Positions 1 through 6,020 of a stretch of 14,430 nt of DNA are shown piece after piece. The notes beneath the pieces were generated by a model, which did not search any database, was not told the origin of the DNA, and saw only the letters and a program-made list of their open reading frames with translations. The position numbers and the translations under genes are program-made. The DNA is from Lentisphaerales bacterium (GTDB lineage: Bacteria > Verrucomicrobiota > Kiritimatiellia > SPBP01), in assembly GCA_032123355.1 (NCBI GenBank), contig JAQBFM010000150.1:1-14430 (forward strand). The letters run 5' to 3'. The stretch's first letter is position 1, and every line of letters begins with the position of its first letter.

Positions 1-1272
1 TGCCCCTTCGTCCTTCCCTTCAAAGTAGCGATACAGTTCCGCGCTATATCCCTCCCGATCAAACAGCACGATCAAGCGTTCCACAACTTCCCGGCTCAGT
101 CCGGCCGCACGACCCAGCTGCTTCGCTTTCTCGATCAGCTCTGGAATCTTCTGCAGCAGATCTTCCGACGAGCTTCGAATCAGGAACAGCCAAGGACGAA
201 ACCCTTCATCCACGGCCAAAAAGTTGTAGCTGCCCTTCATCGGAACCTGACGCACACCATGCCAGCCCTTCTTGATCGGATAGATCCCGTGGTACGGCAG
301 AAAGTGGCCATCGATGTACATCACGCCCCACTCTGCCAACCCATGCTTTAGATAGGAAACAGCGAACTCATCGATCAAGGCTTCGCTCTTGTCCAGTTCC
401 CGGACCTTGTGCAAAAAGCGTCGCAACGTGAAGACACTCGGACTCTGGGCTCGCCCGATCAGCACGCCGAATTCCTCCGGATAGGCGCGCTTGAAATCCT
501 CCATCGAACGAAATCCGAACACATCCGCATACAGCAACGTCAGACATAATTCTTCCAGGCTGTACCCTTCGTGAGTCGGGATATCGATCACGCGCTTCAG
601 CGTCGGCAGAAACTCATTCTGCTCCAGAAGCGGAGCGAACAACAAGCCACCGGCATAGGCGTTGTAGTCGCCTTGTTCCAACCGATCAATGTAAACTCGT
701 TGGGCCGAGGAATACCCGCTCCTGGCCCTGAGACTGATCCCCGCCGCGATCGGCATCCCGGGCTTCTCCTTCTCAGCACACCCCCATGCCGCATCCGACA
801 AAAACCATCCATCTGAGTTCTCGTCACAATCCAGATCCAGATCGAGCTGCCCGCCTTCATCACGATCGAAAAGATCGCCGTGATCGCCTTCACTTCGCCC
901 ATGCAAGCAACCTTCATGCAGGAGTCCGTTCTCTCCCAATACCTGCCGGATACTCGGCAAGCTGATATCCTCGTGCCACCCTTCCCGTAATCGGGCTTGG
1001 ATCGCTTTAACACCCTCAACCCCTTCGAGAAAAACGATGGCCAGAATCTTGCTCCGAACATGTGGCTTCAGCTTCCATCCGCTACGCGGCCCTCTGCGTT
1101 GCGACACCAGGGTCCCGCTCCCTTCGAGGGCAAATCCAGTGAGGTACTTCTGTACCGTGTTGACATGCACCCCGAAGGCTTCCGCCAACTGCTCCTGGGT
1201 TCCCATGCCGTTCTCGTAGAGCTGCACAATCGCCAGCCGCCGAGCCCCTTCATCACCAGGCTCCCAGCTCAT
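1..1272 (-). CDS. DDE transposase, 3'-truncated by the window edge. It has two N-terminal HTH-like segments and an acidic linker, then an IS4/IS1380-like catalytic core. The ATG start is at 1272..1270; an in-frame GTG at 1371..1369 is an alternative start.
   Basis: There is a continuous minus-strand reading frame from 1272 to position 1, and it stays open upstream as far as a TAA at 1437..1435. The translation MSWEPGDEGARRLAIVQLYENGMGTQEQLAEAFGVHVNTVQKY... is HTH-like. YAGGLLFAPLLEQNEF...LLYADVFGFRSMEDFKRAYPEEFGVLIGRAQSPSVFTLRRFLHKV...MYIDGHFLPYHG resembles the N2/N3 region and first catalytic Asp of IS1380/IS4-type transposases. The ORF track omits it only because it runs off the window edge. 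Confidence 0.6.
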   Translation of the reverse strand, partial: MSWEPGDEGARRLAIVQLYENGMGTQEQLAEAFGVHVNTVQKYLTGFALEGSGTLVSQRRGPRSGWKLKPHVRSKILAIVFLEGVEGVKAIQARLREGWHEDISLPSIRQVLGENGLLHEGCLHGRSEGDHGDLFDRDEGGQLDLDLDCDENSDGWFLSDAAWGCAEKEKPGMPIAAGISLRARSGYSSAQRVYIDRLEQGDYNAYAGGLLFAPLLEQNEFLPTLKRVIDIPTHEGYSLEELCLTLLYADVFGFRSMEDFKRAYPEEFGVLIGRAQSPSVFTLRRFLHKVRELDKSEALIDEFAVSYLKHGLAEWGVMYIDGHFLPYHGIYPIKKGWHGVRQVPMKGSYNFLAVDEGFRPWLFLIRSSSEDLLQKIPELIEKAKQLGRAAGLSREVVERLIVLFDREGYSAELYRYFEGKDEGA

Positions 1273-1530
1273 ATAGATCTGGCCTTTGACTATCACATGC
1301 GTCCTGTCGTCACCTTCGATGACACGGACGCTCTGATCTTCCTTCCACTCACCCAGATCCGATCTGCTCACGGCAAAACACCACCTCCGGTGCTTTCCTA
1401 CCACAAATCCCTGCCATCCAAAACCCACACGAAATTATTTTCTCACCCACCTCTCGGAAACCCCTATAAACATTGACTTTCCTGAAACACCATTTTCAGG
1501 GGTGGCGGTTTGCTCAGACCTCTAAAGTTA

Positions 1531-1575
1531 TTCACTGAATTGCCGCAATTCGCCCGTTTTCCGCTTTCCGAACTG
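1531..1575 (+). repeat. Intergenic repeat module C, copy 1. It contains the palindrome AATTGC-c-GCAATT (1538..1550) and lies 27 bp upstream of the ATG at 1602.
   Basis: A 16/16 match of ctgaattgccgcaatt with 5412..5427. The shared downstream motifs gttttc and gaactg are interrupted by a 9-bp indel. Confidence 0.5.
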
Positions 1576-1601
1576 CCCATCGTTCCGCATACTCCGGGGT
1601 T

Positions 1602-4079
1602 ATGCGGCCGTTTGTGATATGCCTGATGCTTCTTGCGCTCGTGTTGCCGAGCAGTGCGGCGACGAATACCCGGGAGGCTGGCGCCGAGCCGACTGAATAT
1701 TTCGATCGGATTGACCTTACGGATAAGGCACCCCGCGCACTGGGCATCCGTGTCGTGCCGCCCCTGAATGAAGGCCCGGCACAGCGCGCAGGACTGCAGG
1801 TTGCCGACTTTATCGTGGGAGTTAATGGACGCCGGATCCGTGGGCAGAGGGAATACAGCTACGCAAGGGCCTGCTACGAATGCCTGGACGCGTTGACGCT
1901 CACCGTTGTCCGAGATGGGAAACTCCGGAATATAGTTGTGGCCGACCCGAATCCCGGCGGATATACCAAGTTCTCGCTCACGAATGAGGCGCCGGACCCG
2001 GTGAAACTCCTTGAGTCATGGAAGATAAGCATTAGTGACATAACCGGCATCAATCCGACCGCTTCGGAAAAGGAACCCACTGAACCTACAATATTCTCCA
2101 GGGCGCTGGGCGCATTTCCTTCACGGGCCTGCGAAGAGATCGAGGGGTTGATCAAGAAAGGAGATCCAGCTGACAGACAATGGCTTCATGCGGTCATGCG
2201 AGTGTTCTACTACCTGTCGTACGAGAAATACGACGAGGCCGCGAAGTTCATAGCTGCCCGGAAGCTTCGCGAGCGCAAGGTCGCGCCGTTCCTTGACAGG
2301 TTGCTGGAATTCTATGAGGCATTAACACAGTTCCCTATCACTGAAGATCACCTGCCGCTGGATGATTATCGCGTCACTGCCGAGTTCTTCGCCTTCTGCT
2401 ACCCGTACCCGTTGTTGCCGGAGCGAGAGGTATCCGACGCTTTTGCCTCTGACGCTGAGTTCCAGCAACTCTACAATAAAGCAGCTTCCCGGAAGCCCGA
2501 GTACAGGGCGGAACTCGTGCGGAAAGCCGGGGAGTACGCGAGCAGGGGCGGGTCCGATGCTGATACATATATCAACCTTACTAAAAGCACCATGCTTGAT
2601 GAAAGCGAACGTGGCGGTGACTGCATTATGGCCGACACTCCGTTGATGCAGGACAGAGGAAAGCGCGGGCAGCTCGTCAGAGATCTCGTGGACAGACTTG
2701 AGCAGGAGCCTGAGAACAAGGTGGAGATCGCACTTACTCTGCTTCTGCCTGCGGTAAGTATGCATGATGAAAATGCACTTGGTAAAGCATATGACGTCAT
2801 ATCCCAAGCCGGTGCCCGCGAAATGCTGTTCGCAAACAGTTTGCTGTACAACCATACGTGTTTTCACGCCGGTCTCACGGAGATCACCAGACGTGCCGTC
2901 ACGAGAGCAGAAGCACAGCTCCCGTTGCCGACTTTCTACAGGTACCTGTCGCGGCGCTTGCCTGCCATCGAGGGGCGTGTTTCCGGCGGTTACTATTTTC
3001 GGCGGTTCCATCTTCACTACAACGAAATAGCCGCGTGCTGCGATTATGCTCTGAGCTCATTCGTAATAAGGTGGCCCATGGCAACGGTAACGGCGCTTAC
3101 TCAATCCAATACCGAAGAACTCGTTGCCCTGGCCGGGAGCGCTTTGGCGAGTGACGACCCGGCACTTGCCAACCGGGCGTTGCGAGTGCTCACGCGGGAC
3201 TTCTATTACAGGCCGGAGAGGGATCGACTCGTTCTTCTCATGGATCTGCGCAAGAAGGTGGGAGCTGGGAAGATGACGGAGGCGCTCAGCCGGGTGTTCT
3301 TCTACAATATAGGGCTGGGTAATGACCTTCCTCACTTTAACAAGCTCCAGATGTGGGACATGGCCCGAGACTTCCTCGACTCCGTAGAGCAGCAGTATTA
3401 CTCGGACATAGCTGCAGAGCTGAAGACAATCAGTAACGATGATCCCACACTCCTCAAGAAGGCTGAAACGTTCTATCGCAAAGCCGGCGTCCCAGCAGTG
3501 TGTGCGTTGCTAGCCACAAAACTGAAAGCTGCCGGGCATAATGACGCCGCGAATATGTACGCAAACAGAGGGTGGATGTTCTATACAGTGCTGGTGAACG
3601 ACTTCCGAGCAGAACATGAGGAAAGACAAAGGGTCGCAGTGAGGGCCATAAGGGAATTGGGTTCGGTGTCTCCAGAGGCCGCGGAAAAGGCACGGTGGTA
3701 TAGGCACGTCGAGCCCGAACCGGTAGAGCAGGACAGGACACGGAATCGCGAGCCCGAAAAGAAGCCCGAGCCTGAGAAGGAGATGGTTTCCCTTAGTGCG
3801 CCCGGTGAATTCTGGTTTGAACTTAAGAATGGGACGATACTCAGTGGCAAACCGTCATTCACCTCGCTCGTCGTGAAAGTCTCGTTCGGGAATGTGGGCC
3901 TCGCGGTGGATCAGATCGATACCGTGCAGTTCTCGGGGAATGGGTCCTCCGCGAAAGTGCAGCTCCGGAATGGGGACAAGCTCGATGGTGAGGTGGGCCT
4001 GGCGGAATTTACCGTGAACGCGCAGGGCCAGGATTTCCCGATCAAGGCCTCACAGGTCCGAAGGATGCGACGGCCCTAA
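1602..4079 (+). CDS. Large secreted protein of unknown function. It has a signal peptide, an N-terminal PDZ domain, a long alpha-helical middle, a PEPEKKPEPEKE linker and a roughly 100-aa beta-rich C-terminal domain.
   Basis: An 825-aa ORF. MRPFVICLMLLALVLPSSAA is a typical signal peptide. GIRVVPPLNEGPAQRAGLQVADFIVGVNGRRI... is PDZ-like. No competing ORFs cover this span. Confidence 0.75.
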   Translation: MRPFVICLMLLALVLPSSAATNTREAGAEPTEYFDRIDLTDKAPRALGIRVVPPLNEGPAQRAGLQVADFIVGVNGRRIRGQREYSYARACYECLDALTLTVVRDGKLRNIVVADPNPGGYTKFSLTNEAPDPVKLLESWKISISDITGINPTASEKEPTEPTIFSRALGAFPSRACEEIEGLIKKGDPADRQWLHAVMRVFYYLSYEKYDEAAKFIAARKLRERKVAPFLDRLLEFYEALTQFPITEDHLPLDDYRVTAEFFAFCYPYPLLPEREVSDAFASDAEFQQLYNKAASRKPEYRAELVRKAGEYASRGGSDADTYINLTKSTMLDESERGGDCIMADTPLMQDRGKRGQLVRDLVDRLEQEPENKVEIALTLLLPAVSMHDENALGKAYDVISQAGAREMLFANSLLYNHTCFHAGLTEITRRAVTRAEAQLPLPTFYRYLSRRLPAIEGRVSGGYYFRRFHLHYNEIAACCDYALSSFVIRWPMATVTALTQSNTEELVALAGSALASDDPALANRALRVLTRDFYYRPERDRLVLLMDLRKKVGAGKMTEALSRVFFYNIGLGNDLPHFNKLQMWDMARDFLDSVEQQYYSDIAAELKTISNDDPTLLKKAETFYRKAGVPAVCALLATKLKAAGHNDAANMYANRGWMFYTVLVNDFRAEHEERQRVAVRAIRELGSVSPEAAEKARWYRHVEPEPVEQDRTRNREPEKKPEPEKEMVSLSAPGEFWFELKNGTILSGKPSFTSLVVKVSFGNVGLAVDQIDTVQFSGNGSSAKVQLRNGDKLDGEVGLAEFTVNAQGQDFPIKASQVRRMRRP

Positions 4080-4089
4080 GCGCTTAGGG
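4074..4089. repeat. A 16-bp perfect palindrome ccctaagcgcttaggg that overlaps the TAA stop of the PDZ-protein gene and carries a stop codon on both strands.
   Basis: The sequence is exactly self-complementary. The TAA is at 4077..4079. No T-tract follows, so it is not a canonical intrinsic terminator. Confidence 0.6.
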
Positions 4090-4116
4090 ACACACGTGGC
4101 CCGTGGGGTCATCCCT
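4083..4116 (+). repeat. Intergenic repeat modules A (cttagggaca, 4083..4092) and B (ggggtcatccct, 4105..4116), lying immediately left of the insertion.
   Basis: Module A recurs at 5389..5401 and 9714..9726. Module B recurs exactly at 5449..5460. Confidence 0.5.
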
Positions 4117-4292
4117 CGAAATAGGATTCCGCTGAAATAGTCTGAGCAGGATTGTCACCGCTCAGGGGTGCCTGCGCGAGCGGGAGATTGTCTGGTCCCC
4201 GCTTTTGGGCCACGTGTGGCGAGCTGGAGCGATGGTGATAAGGTTCTTTGATTCCTGCAGTCATTTTATTGGGCCGTTGGACCTTGGTAGTT

Positions 4293-5023
4293 TTATTCTT
4301 TGTTGCGTGCAACCCAGCATAGGCGTGCAGCCCAGCGGTGCAGATTGCAGGCGGCGGCAGTGAATTGCATTTGAACATCAGTTCTTGACCGGCTTCGGTA
4401 GCGGCTGCGGCTGATTCCGTAGCCACGCTTGAGTTCACTGTGGCTTCCTTCGATGCCGCTGCGTCGGTGCATTCGGCTTTTATATTCGGAGGTCCGGCAG
4501 AGCAATCGTCGCGCCTGAACTTGCATATGGTTTTCGCTTACTTGCAGAGTTCGGAATGCCCCCACCTTCTTCTTTGACAGGCATTGGTGCACGAGCGGAC
4601 AGACGGTGCAAGCGGTGCGCGACCAGGCGAAGTAGTAATAGGTGATGCTGCGTGCTTTTTCGGTAATACACGAACATGCCGAGGAGCATTTGCCGTCCGG
4701 GCAGATCGCTCGCCGATTCGGAATATCCACATCAAAGGAATCCGAGCCGAAGGGTTTCCCGTACGCACTCTAGTCGAGACATGTCGGCAACAAGTCCCAG
4801 TACATGCGTCGAGTCAATTCGCACCGCACGCTTACCTTTCAACTGGATCAATCTCTGGTCGCCCCATTGTCGTATCGTACAAGGCCTCCAGCGCCGGCCT
4901 GTTCCGCTCCAAAGCCGGCAGCACATCATCACGCATCAAAGCAAATGGCTTCACATCCGGCAACTCCTCGAATCCGTCAGGAAAGTAAGTAAGAATATTC
5001 ATGCTTGTAATAATATAGCCCAT
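4293..5023 (-). pseudogene. IS5/IS1182-family transposase remnant split across three frames. The N-terminal DUF772-like piece (63 aa, ...GRPEIDPVER) is at 5023..4832. A possible first-Asp motif (VRIDSTHV) lies in the 4932..4732 frame. The C-terminal 145 aa are at 4730..4293.
   Basis: The C-terminal fragment contains ICPDGK...YYYFAWSRTACTVCPLVHQC...YKSRMHRRSGIEGSHSELKRGYGISRSRYRSRSRTDVQMQFTAAACNLHRW, which is the typical IS1182-type Zn-ribbon plus YxxR...E...NL tail. The fragments sit in frames 1, 0 and 2, and the total coding span is far too short for an intact transposase. Confidence 0.6.
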
Positions 5024-5035
5024 CGGCTATATTAT
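5010..5035. promoter_or_regulatory. Perfect palindrome ataatatagcc-catc-ggctatattat (11-bp arms). It overlaps a -10-like TATTAT (5030..5035) upstream of the AbrB-like gene and is a probable operator.
   Basis: Directly visible. A -35-like TTGTAA sits at 5005..5010. The RBS AAGGAGGG at 5046..5053 precedes the ATG at 5056. Confidence 0.45.
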
Positions 5036-5055
5036 CAACATCACAAAGGAGGGTC

Positions 5056-5289
5056 ATGCGAAAGAAATCGGAAACAACAAAAGCAAGCGTGGCATCATAC
5101 CCACTGCGAATTCAGGCAATACGAACTAAGGGACAGAACGTGCGCTTCTTTGTCTACGTGCCGATGCCGCTGGCCGCTGCCCTCGGTATCGAAGGAGGAG
5201 AACAGGTGTCGTGGGAACTGCTGGCCAGGAATGAACTGCACCTCGTCCGTGCTTCGCCTGCCCCTGTAAAAGCAAGAACCCGCAAGTGA
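5056..5289 (+). CDS. Small DNA-binding protein of the AbrB/SpoVT/MazE swapped-hairpin type (77 aa). It has no adjacent partner toxin gene.
   Basis: A strong RBS aaggaggg lies 3-10 nt upstream of the ATG. IRTKGQNVRFFVYVPMPLAAALGIEGGEQVSWELLARNELHLVRA fits the looped-hinge helix pattern (kGq..IPke.r..lgi.eGd.v....). Local GC is lower than in the flanks. Confidence 0.6.
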   Translation: MRKKSETTKASVASYPLRIQAIRTKGQNVRFFVYVPMPLAAALGIEGGEQVSWELLARNELHLVRASPAPVKARTRK

Positions 5290-5388
5290 ACCCGTGATGG
5301 TAAATTCTTGGCGGGGCGACTCAAGCAGGCGCGCCAGACTCAGACTTTTTCAGCGGAATCGAAATAGCAAATGAGGATACTTTGCGCC

Positions 5389-5460
5389 CTTAGGGACAGA
5401 CACTTTATCCGCTGAATTGCCGCAATTGGGCCTGTTTTCGAACTGATTGGGGTCATCCCT
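5389..5460 (+). repeat. Intergenic repeat modules A (5389..5401), C (5408..5447) and B (5449..5460) in tandem, immediately right of the insertion.
   Basis: Exact or near-exact matches to 4083..4092, 1535..1575 and 4105..4116 respectively. Confidence 0.5.
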
Positions 5461-5539
5461 TGACTTAGAACTTTGTGCACTCAGCTTTCGCCAATTCCCG
5501 AGTCATCCCCTGCCTCCCCCCGATGTAGAGTAGGATGCC

Positions 5540-6016
5540 TCAGGGTAGCGGTATGCCGTAAGGTCCGGACCGACCAGTTTCGTGCGGCAGACGCAGCCTC
5601 GTGGGAGGACTGGGTTTTCGGTGCCGTACATACGACGGTTGGCCCGGACCCCTGATGGGACCATTGGCTACCAGGTCAGCCTTGGTTGACTCGATCCGAG
5701 CCCGACGTGCTTGCTCCAACTTCTCTTCCTTACTCTTGGCAAGGTAAACTGCAAACGTTGCGCACAGAGCTACCACCAGGCTGCACAACATCAGGACCAT
5801 GACCTCGACCGGCCCTCTCGGCCCCGCCCAATGCCAATGTAGCATCTTGTTGAAAATCCATGGTGCGATTGTCCATCCTGCTAAGTGCCCGATCGAAATG
5901 GACAGGAGCCCATGTGTCCACACCGATCCCGGCGCAAGCCGGGATCGGCGCAGAATCACTATCTGCGGGACGAAGAAGATACAAACCAGCAGACCAAATC
6001 CGCCAAACGTTGTCAT
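5540..6016 (-). CDS. Small membrane protein (2-3 TM helices, an amphipathic KEEKLEQARRAR segment and a low-complexity C-terminus). It is co-transcribed with the flotillin-like gene and is not a clear NfeD OB-fold protein.
   Basis: Its ATG is 5 nt after the upstream TGA stop (...ctgaaggacTGAgagaATG). The N-terminal half is hydrophobic (FGGFGLLVCIFFVPQIVIL, VMVLMLCSLVVALCATFAVYL). The C-terminal 50 aa are proline- and arginine-rich, so the true 3' end is uncertain. Confidence 0.45.
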   Translation of the reverse strand: MTTFGGFGLLVCIFFVPQIVILRRSRLAPGSVWTHGLLSISIGHLAGWTIAPWIFNKMLHWHWAGPRGPVEVMVLMLCSLVVALCATFAVYLAKSKEEKLEQARRARIESTKADLVANGPIRGPGQPSYVRHRKPSPPTRLRLPHETGRSGPYGIPLP

Positions 6017-6020
6017 TCTC

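Larger units (their letters stand above)
4125..5360 (-). mobile_element. Degenerate IS5/IS1182-family insertion sequence of 1236 bp. The terminal inverted repeats are 22 bp (gattccgctgaaatagtctgag versus gattccgctgaaaaagtctgag, 21/22). A 7-bp direct repeat GAAATAG flanks it at 4118..4124 and 5361..5367.
   Basis: The IRs at 4125..4146 and 5339..5360 are directly visible, and the flanking 7-mers are identical. The interior carries transposase fragments. Confidence 0.6.

Noticed and set aside
1481-1500. Hairpin cctgaaa-caccat-tttcagg upstream of the PDZ-protein gene, with TTGACT at 1474..1479
   Set aside because: The stem is only 7 bp with no U-tract, and there is no acceptable -10 at the right spacing from TTGACT. 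It cannot be supported as a terminator or a promoter.
4352-4368. Sigma-54-like motif ggcagtgaaTTGCAt
   Set aside because: The GG-to-GC spacing is 9 nt, not 10. It also lies inside the IS interior with no gene downstream.
5127-5143. ctaagggacagaacgtg inside the AbrB-like ORF, resembling module A (cttagggacacacgtgg)
   Set aside because: It is an imperfect match inside a coding frame (TKGQNVR) and is most likely coincidental.
4584-5269. Plus-strand ORFs of 134 and 197 aa across the IS interior
   Set aside because: They are antisense to the transposase fragments, or out of frame with the 77-aa AbrB-like gene. They are Arg/Ser/Cys-rich junk with no RBS.
5562-5650. Imperfect inverted repeat ggtccggaccgacc / ggttggcccggacc
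   Set aside because: 12/14 complementarity, and it lies inside the small membrane protein ORF. It is more likely codon-driven than a structured RNA.
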